Assembly (NCBI GenBank): GCA_020137815.1 | Contig: CM035354.1 | Location: 4,092,001 to 4,156,000, forward strand | DNA: 64,000 nt | Reading direction: 5' to 3' | Source: Hormiphora californensis | Taxonomy: Eukaryota > Animalia > Ctenophora | Part shown: positions 24,501 through 38,200 of the stretch, one piece after another | Layout: every line of letters begins with the position of its first letter | Position numbering within the stretch: the first letter of the stretch is position 1 | Made by a program: the position numbers and the translations under genes | Notes under the pieces: generated by a model | The model's input: the letters and a program-made list of their open reading frames with translations, nothing else | What the model was told of the DNA's origin: nothing | Databases searched by the model: none

Positions 24501-27500
24501 CTGCGGTGCTTACTGCTTATCTCCGATTGAAGTCCTAAGCCACTCCGTACCGAAGTACTAAACTTGCAGTCTGGGGACCAGCCCTACGTGCAAGGGAGTG
24601 TGACTTTCCAGTAGTTGCTGTACCAATTTATAGCTCGGTCAACTAGACGGCTTGCGTCGGGTCCCGAACCCAGGACCTTCTGCATGAGAGGCGAGTGTGT
24701 TACCACTACACCACCCAGCCGACGAACCCAGCCGACGAAGTAAAACAGATAACCGTTCAAAACATACCGATATCGGGATGGCAGTCAATAACTTGGTTGC
24801 ACAGTTTACTCTCATCGATCCTCATACCGGTATCTTCACACGTATACGCTGGGAAATAGTAATTCTTCAGTTCTTCAGTATTACTGCAACTAACATGAAA
24901 TATCGCTAAGTACATTTGTTGGGTGGGTACAGATACCGCAGTACTACTTACATTGGTTTTGATTGTCTGGTGGGCAGAACTGCTCATCCACATTCCCATT
25001 ACGAATACAATCATTGATTCCATCACAGTGGACCCTCTGTCGTGTGGTCTCTCCTGAGGTGATATTGCCAGCGCCCGCACAGATGTAATACCCGCAAGCT
25101 GGACTACTGCTGCTTATCTCACTCCCATTAATGTGCCCACACACCTGGAGGGGGGTTATTAAGAGGATATATTTCTTGTTCTCCATGACAGAACTATAAC
25201 ACTCTAAAGAATAAAGGCACACTATTGGAAGCGTCACCAGATGTTTCCAAATGGAACTCTAGCAGTATATTGGTGCTCACGATGTCTGTAGTGAGTCGAA
25301 TGAATAAAAGACACCATAAGCTCATCACCAACACACTGTGACAGTGCCACTAAACCTAACACTAAACTGCTAGCAATGACAGCATTGAACATCTGGCTCT
25401 AGCAGCAGCTCCCAGCAAGAGACAGATAGTGAATTGACTGTATCTCTAGCACGAACATGTTGTTGCATAAAATACAACGAATCAAATACAAGGTCAGGTC
25501 GAAATATGTAACACTATCAACTGATTGGCACTGTCAATGATCTGAAACTACATCGTCAATATGGTCCTCAAAATTTATGTTTCTGTCACTGTCACGGTAC
25601 CTGATAAAACAGCTCATCTTCCTTACACACGGCATCATACTGAATCTCATTGGTTGTGTTTGTAACGGTATAGAGGGTTGGGGAAGTCCAACACCTAAAG
25701 ATTGTGGCATTGTTCTTGCAACGTAGTTTTAGGAAATCGTGTACAACTGTAATCTCGTATTCATCGCATACGTGCTCGACAGCAACAACATCTGAGAGGT
25801 GAACCGGAAGTGTACGGATAATAGACGTTCACTTTTGATACAGTGATTGCCGATTGGAAAACGTATCCCTTAAATGATACTACAAAGTCGATTCATTTTA
25901 CCTGGTATAAGGTTGCTGCCGAAAGTCACCAAAAGTATCAGAACTTTCTGTATCATCCCTCCATCTTCTTGCTCATAATCATCACTAATTATAGATTTAA
26001 CTATTGCTAATCAGACGTTAACTAATCACAACTAATTTTCAGTTGACCTAACGTTTGGAATCACCCTCGCTACCATCTCCCACGACACGCGGATCGATTG
26101 GGTGGAGCTGAACGAGACAAGTCGAAAGTTGCTGTTCAGAGATAAGAAACTACGGTTGTATTTGTTCGATGTTGAGAGTCAGGCACGAACCACTCTCCTC
26201 AGTTATTGTAGCTACGTTCAGGTACTATTATAAGTATGCCAACTAATTTTGCCATTTTAACAACACTGCGTAGAAAGTGGTTTTCAAATGTCGGAACACT
26301 AAGTGGATGAAAACTCGTAACATTATCATTGCTATTCGAACACCGGTGGCTTTTAGGCGTGTCATACGAATAGTAAGAAATTCGAAATTATTGTATTCTC
26401 AATATAATTATACCGCCATAACAAACAGCTGCAAGGTAAAACCCAATAGGGTAAACCGGGGCAATTCGAACAACCGGGGCAATTCGAACATAGTACTGCC
26501 CGTCTCTCACCTAGTTAAGCTATCATAATGACGTCATCCTATCTCCAGAAGAAAACTGCTCGTTCGAGCCTGCCCGTTACCACTAAATAGGCTCTAGATC
26601 CGGTTTAAGTTGGTCAATTTCCGATTTGAAAAAACCAGCTGAAAGCTAATAATATCAGCTTTCAGATGGTATAAAAATTATTTAAATATTCGCATGTTTT
26701 CATTCCAAATTCTGGTAAATTAAGATTACCGGGGCAATTCGAACAACCGGGGCAATTCGAACATGGGCAATTTGGTTAACACACCGGGGCAATTTGGTTA
26801 ACTCCCGGGCCAATGATGTGCAGTTCTTTGTGCCACGTGATCACGCGTGATACCGGGGCAATTCGAGCAAGAACGACCAGCGTGTAGATTGCGTGTAGAT
26901 TACATTGTTCGAATTGCCCCCACCTCTAACAACACCAGGCGGGAATCTTCTTCTGGTGTTGTGAGGACGTTCACGTGACTCCCACGTGACGAAATAAAGC
27001 ACTCCTATTGGTGATGCTCGAATTGCCCCGGTACCAATTTTTCCGACCAAAATTTTTCAATTAGTTATTTAGTTAAGTAAATGATGGTCCCTATAGTTGA
27101 AATTTATCTTATTTGAAAGATAAAATAATGAACTTTAATCCTATATAATTTTTTTCATTGTATCTTTTTTTAAATGGGAGTGAGAACCGATTAAGTAAAA
27201 AGTTAACCATTTTGCCCCGGTTTACCCTACTAATAAAAGAATGTACCGCAAAGAGAAATATCGTTAATAAACTAGAGGGCGTGAGAGGCAATCCGATTTC
27301 TCTAAGCAACAGGGGGTCGAGTGAATGGAGTAGAGAGAGGCTAGAGAGAGAGGAGAGAGAGGAGATAGACTAGAGAGAGGGAGAGAAAAGAGATAGACTA
27401 GAGAGAGAAAGATAAAAGAATGAGAGTGAATCCATCCAATAAGATGATTCTCTTGACACCTGGCTCTTAGTTACTGACCTCTGACGTTTACGAAACCTAG

Positions 27501-29844
27501 GACACCACTATAGCCATAAAATCAAGTATTTGATTCTAGAGAAACAGATCTTTTGGAAATATATACGTTTCTAAGATAGGATATTTTGAACGAAACAATT
27601 ATTTCTGAATCAGGGCAAAAATTTCCTTTGATATTGAACTCATACATTGAAAATAAATGCCCATGCCAAGATTACTACTGTTAGGATTAGTGTAGGAAAC
27701 CACCTGGTATTTTGGGGCATGAGGAAAGAAGTATTTGAATCATCCAATACTATTCACTGCTTTATACAGGGTAGTAGAAGAGCTGTAACAAATCTAGCGA
27801 TATAGTGTGAGACTGTATAACGTTAAAATATGCGCTCCGGTACTTGTGATATTCTAAAAACATATGGTCAAAAAACGGTAAAATCCAGAATGTCTAGAAG
27901 CGAGAGAAAAAAGAGAGGGGGAAGAAAGAGACAGAAAGAGAGAGGGAGATAGAGAAAGAGAGACTCCACCACCAGATGGCATCCTTCAGCAGCGCTAAAA
28001 TAGTTTATATGCACTTTACTAGATCTATCGGGTAGATGCGAGCTCCTTGTATGTTACATAGAGCCCCCCCCCCCCCTTATATCTCCGCCGGGTCACGTGA
28101 CCTTCAAACTACACATTGTGCCAAAGGTGGTACCTTTCAGGATTCACTCGAAAGTACATAACACATTAATTTATCTCCTGACTTTATAATCATATTCTCC
28201 TCAGTGGGTGCCCCTATCGGATGTGTGCGTGGCTCAGAACAGGACGAACCTCTGTGTGTGGTACAATATCGACTGTCCCGAGCGGGTTACCATGGTAACA
28301 ATCAAGGGAGACATCGAGGAAATTGAACGAGCGGAAGGGAAAACTGAGGTTAGTTGTAATTATCAAGTCAAGTTTAGAGGTTATTTGTTAATCAAATAAA
28401 CTTTAGAGGTGAGTTCTAACTTGAAATCTAGAGGTTAGACTATCGCGTCGTTAGGTAGAGAAATTGACATGCTGAGAGTACCTCAGTATCACGCTCAGGA
28501 GCTCTAGCGAGTGCACCCTAGCCTATCAAAGGTACTGCATAATTGATTAACATACAGGTGAGACTGAATATAAGTACATAATTGTAAGTACTTCTGCTAC
28601 CATAAGCAGGTGGTTAAATATGAACTAGAGCTAGAATGGGAGAGAATGATAGAGAATGAGAGAGAATGGGAGAGAATGAGAAAGGCTCACGTGAAAGATG
28701 AAAGTGAGAGAAAGTAAGAAATATTATGGTTCCCGAACTTTTTGAAGAACAGAATATCTAATTTTCTAATTATCTGATTGTTTACAGGTCGTAGTGAATG
28801 AAGGAGTAACAACTATCAGCTACACCTTAGACGAAGGACTCATTGAATTCGGAACCGCTATAGACGACGGAGATTTCAACAGGTAAGACACAAACAGATA
28901 TGAAGAGACGATGTAGGAGACAAAATGAGCTATGTTTTCTACAGACAATAGTCAGATTTTATCGACTATATATTTGCAAACATCATTGTTCTCATCATTG
29001 TTCTAGATTGTACCAGTCGACCGCGGTCCCTCTTTCGTTATTTTGAGGGTGTGGTGCCTTTTACAATATCTCTCTATCTCTCAAACAACATCTTTTTTAA
29101 GAGAAATAAAGTCAAGCTTTATCACACATACACGCTATCTTCTTCTTGATCCAAATCCAACTCTCTCTCACAGGGCGGTCATGTACCTCGAATCTCTCGA
29201 GCTTACCCCCGAAACGGAGGCCATGTGGAAAACTCTGTCTCAGCTATCCCTGGAATCTGAACAACTACACATCGCTGAACGGTGCTATGCAGCTCTTGGG
29301 CAATATCAGCAGGGTGAGATACCTCCGGAATCTTCGAGAGCTGGCCTCCACAGAGGAGGGTGGATTTAGGGTGAAGGCGAAACTGGCCGTTCTGGATAAA
29401 CAATTCAAAATGGCAGAGGCGATTTATCTGGAGCAGGGTTACGTGGAGGATGCAATGGAAATGTATCAGGTAAGAGAGAGGGATAGTGTGAGACAGGGAG
29501 AGACAGAAAGAGTGAGAAAGAGTGACATAGGGAAAATGAGAGGGGAGAGAGAGAGGGATACAGAAAGAGAGACAGATAGAGAGAGAAAGAGATATTGGAA
29601 AGAAAAGTGAAAATGGAAACAGATGTGAAGAGGGCCAAAACAATTTGACATGAAACTACTGTTCAGACAATGGCTCGTCTCTCTCGTGAAGGGTTCTAGA
29701 CATGAAACTACTGTTCAGACAATAGCTCGTCTCTTTCGTGAAGGGTTCATAGACCCGGGTCACATGAACTTCAAACGAATGATAGAAGGGAAGCAGCAGT
29801 TATCACCCTATACGAATGACCCTTAGATGCATTCTATCTCTATC

Positions 29845-29888
<44 letters not shown>

Positions 29889-30025
29889 CCTCCCTCCCTC
29901 GCTCATCTCTCTCTCATCTCTCTCTCTCTCTCTCTCCTCTCTCCTCATCGTACCTCCTCTCCTCGTCTCTCTCCTCTTCCTCTCTCTCTCTCGAGTCCTT
30001 CTCTCTCTCTCTCCCTCTCACCACC

Positions 30026-30056
<31 letters not shown>

Positions 30057-33000
30057 CTTCTCTTTCCTCCTCTCCTCATCTCCTCTCTCTCTCCCCTCTC
30101 TTCCTCTACAACTCCATATTACAAGTTATTGACTGATCATTCTCTCGCTCATGGCAACGAGTCCTTTCTGCCAGCTGAAGATAACCTCACTCCGACATCA
30201 TATATTTTGTTTACCAGCCTATCCTCGGGTAACAACTGCTGGTGTAACTACTTGAGCTTCCTGAAGTAATAACTAAGTAACAACTTAACACCCTCCACAA
30301 TTTGACTAACAAGTTTACCAACTCTACAGTCTAAAAGTTGACTGTCAGGATGACTGACTCTACAAGTTTACTAAAAGTTTACTAATTCCCCAACTCCCTA
30401 GGAGATGCACAAGTGGGAGGACGCACTGCGTGTTGCAGAGAACAAGAACCATCCTGAGATGGAGCTGTTGAGAAGGAATTATTTCCAGTGGCTAACTGAT
30501 ACACAACAGGAGGAGCAAGCAGGAGAGGTAACAGCCATTTAAAATGTGAAATACCTTACCTCTTTTTAGGGTAGTTGAATGGTGTATTTTTTAATGTAGC
30601 TGATGAGATATGATTGGGGATGGGCTACTTATTCTGTTGAAGATTTAGCACATACATCATCCACATTTTACATCTTTCAAACATTGACCTCCCTGCAGCT
30701 CCTAGAGAAAGAGAAAGACTACATGGGTGCACTACAGATGTATATGAAGGCCGGTCTGCCTGCTAAAGCTGCCCGTATCGCTATCACTCACTCTGATATT
30801 AGCTCACAGACTGATCTCGTGGAGAGAATTGCGTCTCAACTTGTCAAGGGTGGACTTCATGAGAGGGTAGGTTTTTTTAATTGTACCCAAACCCTTAACT
30901 TTCTGTGAATGTACTTGAAATTATCATGAGGCTGCCTTTTTACGTCGATTTGGTTGTTTTTGAAAGGTTTTATTATGCTGAAATTATCATATTAACTCTA
31001 TACCACTTCCTATAGGCAGGTGATCTATTCGAGAAGATCGACCAGAATCAGAGGGCACTGGAATGTTTCCGACAAGGGAAGGCATTCAGGAGGGCAGTTC
31101 AGTTGGCCCGGTTTGTATTCCCTAAGGAGGTGACCTCTCTTGAAGAGGAGTGGGGTGATCATCTGGCGAGCCAACAACAGCTTGATGCTGCCATCAGTCA
31201 CTACATCGAGGCTGGGTTAGTGTGGCCCTAATTAAATTAGAAAAGTTACATTTTTACCATCTTTTTTCACCGAGAGATTGCCCGAAAACACCATGCCATA
31301 TTTGTCGAGACAAGTGTGCCGCGCGCGCTGCGTTCGTTATGAAAAAAGAACACTATTTCAGCATGTTGTGTAGACTGCGCGCACCAAGCAACGTTCCCTG
31401 CTGTTCCCTGCCAAAACAAAATTGACCCATTTTCACGTTTCAGGAGATCTGTCAAAGCCATCGAGGCAGCCATCCAGTCCCGACAGTGGCCCAGGGTCAT
31501 CCAAATTGTGGAAACTCAGGATGAGGCTGTTGCGGGAAAATACTACAGAAGAATTGCTGAGCATTATGCACAAATTGGGGAGGCGGGCCAGGCCGAAAGG
31601 TAAAGATCAAATACACATTCTGCTTCTATAATATCTCTTGTTTAGATAAAGTTGTATCATTTCCATACCTATCTCACATTTCAGGTTCTTTGCCCGGTCT
31701 GGTGACTCTGAACAAGCGGTCCAGATGTATATTAACAGGGGTGAGTGGGATGCCGCACACAAGGTTGCAGTTACTTGTATGAAGACTGAAGAAATTGCTG
31801 TTCTCTATATTACCCAAGCACAGGAAATGGAAGCTAAAGGACGCTACAGGGAGGCAGAAAAGTGAGTCACTTTCTAGTTTCTGATATTGTCTTGGTTTTT
31901 CCACCGTTTCTGATGACTGAACGTTTCTAATTACCTCCTCTTTTCCAGGCTGTATCTGACAGTAAAAGAGCCTGATCTAGCTATTAACATGTACAAGAAG
32001 TTGAGGCAGCATGACAGCATGATTCGGTTGGTTGGGATCTATCACCATGATCTTCTTACCGATACACATCTACATCTAGCCAAGGTAATGACTTGCCGCG
32101 GGCTTGCCTCAAGTTCGAACCTCTCTCTTTAAAGGAGTCAAGGAGGGTAAGAACAGAGTGGATTACAGCGCCGCTTGTAGTCGCATTACCGTAATGGAAA
32201 TACAGTAATGAGACGCACACTTTGCATAATGCGCGGCAAAAAGTGCATGTGTTCAGCACGTACTAGCGCCCTGATTGGCGACGGTTGCGCGTCTTCATAC
32301 TGTATCTCCGTTTTCCATTACCGTTTGGCGTTTTCCCACTGCAAGCGACCGGGTTAGCAGTCATAAAACACGACACCAAGTTAATAATAATAATAATAGC
32401 CATCAGTAATTTCATTACCATGCCTCGAAGAAAAATATCAAGCAAAATAAAATCACAACACACTCACTCTTCAACACACACACTCTCTCTCTCTCTCTCT
32501 CACCACCACTCCAGTTCTTGAGTAACAGCATCAAAATCCATCTAATATGTTATTCACCAAAGCTTCAAGAGCTCCGCATTAATCCTGGCCTCAGTTTCGT
32601 AATGATGAGTTAGTGCTACCCTAAATTTCCTGTCATGTACCCACAGAAACACCCCCGCGATATTGTTGAATACCCGCCCCACTAATGAACTGGTCACCAT
32701 ACTTTGCTCACTAAAGTCCATTCTATATTGGAGGGTTTTCGTTTTGGAGTTGGAGTTAGCAGGGACAACTGCAACAGCAACGCGGCCCTCGTTAATCCGT
32801 CCTAGAAGCGGGTAGAAGCTTGATACTTGGGTCACATAGGCAATGTCGGCTCCCTCCTGAAATATTTTAGTGGAAAACTTAGAACAGTAATGGGTCATGA
32901 ATATTATGATATCAATACATTCAGTATTACGATATAAAACGTGCTCTTCGGAAATTAAAGAGCGACATGGAGGTCTAAAATGACTTACCGGGAAGTCACA

Positions 33001-35210
33001 GACGAATGATTTCTTTTGGCATACTAAGGAGGGGTTAAGGTATGTGTGTTCCCATTGAAGTGTCCTGTCGTGGATCTGGTTTACTGTCCTTTTGATTCCC
33101 TGGTCCCCTTTTACCCCCTCTGCAAATAGTTAGTTAGTTAGTAACCATGGTAAATGTGGCTATAACCGTTAGTAACCATGGTAACGGTGGCCAAATCAGT
33201 TACTGTTAGTTACCATGGTAACGGTGGCTATAACAGTTAGTAACCATGGTAACGGTGGCCAAATCAGTTACTGTTAGTTACCATGGTAACGGTGGCTTTA
33301 ACAGTTAGTAACCATGGTAACGGTGGCTATTAGTTAGTTACGCCATTGTGTAGACTGTAGATACGGGCTCTCATTTATAGCGAGAATACCGATCGGCACA
33401 TCTCGAATGTTGCGGTGTGTCTCATTACTCGTGCAACACGATATTGTGCACAGATATAAGATAATCACGTGCAGTAAACACACTCATTAGCCTATTTTTA
33501 CGGAAAGATCAAAGAATAGAAGTTGTGCCCTTGTTAAGAATAGCTCACCTTCCCAAAATGCAGCCTTGTTCTCGGTGGGATGGAGCCATTCAGCCTTCTT
33601 GGAACAGTTTATAAATCTGGAAGATAACATCTTTAAAAATCACGAAAAGGAAATGTAAATACAGTAAACAAGTATTATGTACCTATCAAGTTGGCGGACA
33701 TGTGTCGAACTAATTCCATCCACCACCTCCACCTCCACGGTCCATTGCTTCTTTTCTGAAGCAGCGGGCTCCATACTAGCCTGGACCGTCTTACTAATCT
33801 CCAACATTTCGGATATGGGAACCTTGTATGCGTCTCCACATTCAACCTCTCCGTTCCTGAAAATATTTTGGATGTTTACTTTTAATCTTTCCAAGTTTGA
33901 ATACATAGAATATCAGCAATGTTTTGGTTTGCAATATTCGGAAACTCTGTTAATATACCTGAAGGTATAAACGGTGGACGATACTGAGCTAATCTCGTAT
34001 GCAACAGCGGTCAAAGCGATGACGACCCCACACAAGGAATAGAAGATCTTAGGAATAAGTCTGCCTCTACTGTGTAGCTTCATCGCTGTAGTATAGTACC
34101 ACATCATCATGGTTTTGAGGTTCTCTAACAGCTCCTTGTACCCCATGGTGGTGGGATCCTTGCTAGTAAATATACAGTATAGGTTATATATGGACGGATC
34201 TTTTATAATACTTGGTAGCTCGGTAAAAAGGGTTGACTGTCAATGTCATGTGTCATTCTACATTACAAATTATAGAATAACCAACCCCCCCCCCATTTAC
34301 TACCCTCATAAAATCACTTAAACACCATGTATTATTTTAGGAGATGGAGGGTGAGGCGCAGTACAAGGGTGCGGAGAAGTATTATATTGAGGGACGGGAC
34401 TGGAAGAGTTGTGTTAACATGTACCGTGTTGCGGATATGTGGGATGATGCATTTAGGGTTGCTAGGCAACACGGTGGAGCAAATGCAGCAAAACAGGTAC
34501 AGCAAATTCAAATAGTTGATTAAATAGTTAATCAGATAGTTAATTAAATAGTTAATTTAATTCACATAACTTATTCAGGTTGCATATGTTTGGAGTAAGA
34601 CACTAGGAGGAGACTCTGCCGTCAAGTTACTCCTAAAACTAGGCCTACTGGAGCAGTGTGTGGAATACGCGGCGGAAACGGGTGCTTTCACCTATGCCTT
34701 TGAGCTGTGCAAGCACCCATCCATGGCTGATAAGCTGGGTGACATTTACCTTAAACATGCCATGCACCTAGAAGATGAAGGTAATTAGAGACAATTAGTT
34801 AATTGAAGGTAATTAGAGACACCTTGTAATTAGTTGAGTAATTTAATCAAAAAGTCTATCATGCTCCAGTTGATAGTAGTACATACATTGAAATTTACAC
34901 GAGTGTATTTTCAGGAAAGTTTGCAGAGGCAGAGGCCTCATTCATCAAGGCAAACAGGCCGAAGGAGGCCGTGCTAATGTTTGTCCATAGCCAGGACTGG
35001 GACAGTGCCCAACGGGTTGCAGAGGCCCACGACCCGGGGTCTGTGTCAGACGTACTAGTTGGACAGGTGGGTGCATTTGCAGTAACAAATACAACTATTG
35101 GTAATGCGTGGGTAATTCTAGAAGGGCTTGTAAAGGGTATCTCACTTCTTTGTCCCCCCATTTCTCTCTCTCTCTCTCTCTCTCACTCTCTCTCACTCTC
35201 TCTCTCTCTC

Positions 35211-35265
<55 letters not shown>

Positions 35266-38200
35266 TTCTCTCTTGAGACAAATTCTCAGTTATGTCGTAT
35301 CATGATCAAAGTTCCCAATGTTGCGTATCAATTTGCCTATTAAATAGTTCACGTTTATCTGCGAATAAAGTGCAAACAATAATAAATAGAAATTTCCCTT
35401 TTTATTTATTTTTAGATGAGGAATTGTACTATAACTGACTATAACATATCCTTTCAGGCGCGTGTGGCGTTTGATGCGAAAGAGTACCAGAAGGCAGAGA
35501 CATTCCTGCTTAGGGCGGAGCGGCCAGAACTAGCAGTGAAGTACTACAAAGAAGGGAACCAATGGGAAGATGCACTCCGCCTAACTCAAGAGTACTTGCC
35601 ACACAAACTCCAGGAGGTGCAAGATCAGTACGAGGTTTATCTGAGCTCGGGAGCGGGAGGGTAAGTTCACTAAGTTGCTGTACGCAACTATTTTAGGATT
35701 TTCCCACCATACTTTAGTCGAGAAGAGTAAGATAGCCTCAAACTAACAACTAAACCTTGCCCAGTGGTCGAGATGATATGCTAACACCAGCCAAGACCTG
35801 GGAAGCTAATGGCGACTACAATCGTGCTATAGAGGCGTATCTGAAGATGACCATAATGCAGAGCACTGACTACTCTTTATTGGAGGAGGTATAGTTACCT
35901 AGCTAGACTCTGTTTCGCGTGCCCCAAATGTAAAGGAGGGTTAAAACATATAACAAATAGTTCCATTTATTTAGCTAGCTTCTAGCAGTCGTGGATCTAC
36001 AATATCAGCTGTGTAGCCATGTGTTCCAAACAGTGTTCCAAATAGTGTTATTTGTTCGAGCTTCTCGTGTTATAAAGGCTTGAGAACAAGACTATCCCTA
36101 CAACATATTCTTGAGATAATGTTTGAACTTGCCAACCTGCAACCATCAATAGCCCTAAATAACAACTATCCTCCTTACAGGTTTGGTACAAGGCTCTAGA
36201 ATTGGCTTTGAAGTTTGTCCCGGCGAAAGCTCAAGCAGTTGGAAATACTGTCGCACAGCGCCTTGCAGAGATCTCCCGATTTGAAAGTGTAAGTTTAAAT
36301 TAATTTGGACCAATCTTCTGCTGCTGATCTTACAGAGCAACTTACTAAAAGTACGGGTAATTTTGTCCCGTGAGGGACCAACTGAGGGACCAACTTACAA
36401 GAATTACCCTGTGACTAGCGAGAGGTCGTAGGAGGCCGCAGTACTACATGCCCAGGTGCAGTAGTGCTGCGGCTATAATACTAGCGGGGTAGAAAAGTTT
36501 AAAGTAGAAATCTTAAAGTTATCACTATCAAAACTGATGCTTATACGGAATCACTATATAGCTGGTGATCGGGACTATTAAGCTGTTATAGACAGTATAT
36601 TGCTGCATTACCTACACACCCACGTCCCACACATTGGCTAGTGCAATGTAGGATATGAGAAACACCCAATTATATGAGAAATACCCATGTGCGAGAACTC
36701 TGGTAAAACGAGGTACCCCTTATAATTGAGGCCCAACTTATTGAGTTACAAGCATCTATAACACACCTCACTCCCATGCCAGGCTGGCGAGGCTTATTTG
36801 TCTATTGAGAGGTACAAGGAGGCAATAGACATGTTCGTCAAGGCAGAGAGATGGGATAGAGCCAGGGTTATTGCTCGAGAACACGCCCCTCAATTCGAAC
36901 AACGAGTCGAACACGAGTAAGTATCAAGCTGGTTCAAGCGGAACTTGGATGTTTTGATTTTTGAAGATTCAACCAGACTTCATACAATCTCTATTATAAT
37001 TTGGAGATGAACGACGTCGTGATGGTCGTTCGTTAGGCGGTATCTAAGCGACAGGCGACTGCTCCTTCATAAAACACTTTATAGGCACAAAGCTGTAAAG
37101 CTGTTGCTCACACTTTTGGAACTTCCAGCGGAAGTTTGTTAATATTTTCGAATGACTTTTAACAGGCCAGTCCCCATAGTTACCAATTCAGTTGCCATGG
37201 CAACCGTGTTATTGACGTTGAAAGTGGCAAATGAGCCACACGGCGAAGCCGGGTGGGTTATCAAAAGGCCCTTACTTGAGGCGCACCCAATGGGTGCGCT
37301 AGTTAATAGAATACCGAGAATAAAATACCCCCTCCTCCACTGACCACGGTTCATAACTACAGATACCCCCTCCTCCACTGACCACGGTTCATAACTACAG
37401 ATACCCCCTCCTCCACTGACCCTGGTTTATTACTACAGATACCAAATACCCCGTCCTCTGCTCACCCCAGTTCATAACTGCAGATACCCCCTCATCCGCT
37501 CACCTCCACCTTATTATTACAGATACGTTGACAGTCTAAAGAAGCGAGGCAAGGCTGAGGAGTTGGCTAATGTTGATGTCATTGCTGGGCTGGATCTCTT
37601 GGCAAACAGGGGACAGTGGGCCAAGTGTCTGCAGACAGCAGAAAATGAAGGGGTGGAGGTGCTAAATAAATATGTGGCGCTCTACTCCGCTCAGCTTCTG
37701 CAGGAGGGACAGCCCATGTATGCACTCAACGTGTTTGCACAGTATGGATCCTCCCCTAATCCCGCCAATTTTAACTTGTACAGGTAAGGAGGATTGAATT
37801 AGTATCACATTTGTTAAGATTTAGAAAATAAAAGATGGGCGAGGTTTTGTCGCAGAATAGAATGAACGAGACGCCAAGGCGCTACTGGTGTCTGGTCTTG
37901 TAAGCTAGATCAAACCGGTTGGCTAGAAAATCCCACGGCCCACGCGGAGAAAATCAAAGACTTCTTGCACTAGATATTATGTAAACCTAGATACTTGCAT
38001 ATGCACTAGATATTATGCAAACGTAGTATCTATAAATGCTCAACTAACTTAGCGGCTAAGTATTGAATATAAAGGGTGGGCTGAGCATCCGTTAGCTTCG
38101 ATTGGAAGAACTTACATTGCTTGCTGTGAGAAAATAACTAAATATCGAGGTTCAATCTTGCGGCGTATTATATAAGCTGCTCATGTATTCCCACGACCCA

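Noticed and set aside
29203-30136. Ser/Leu- or Arg/Glu-rich ORFs (also ~35.1, 42.0, 59.0, 60.7 kb)
   Set aside because: Translations of (CT)n/(GA)n microsatellites.
30175-30200. CTGAAGA hammerhead-like core (also CTGATGA near 12612 and 40701)
   Set aside because: No properly paired stem II followed by GAAA and a cleavage triplet.
33913-33915. In-frame TGA after Cys (possible selenocysteine or readthrough) between ORFs 33913-34146 and 33640-33906
   Set aside because: It falls inside a clean 102-nt GT-AG intron (33958-33857) whose removal keeps the frame.
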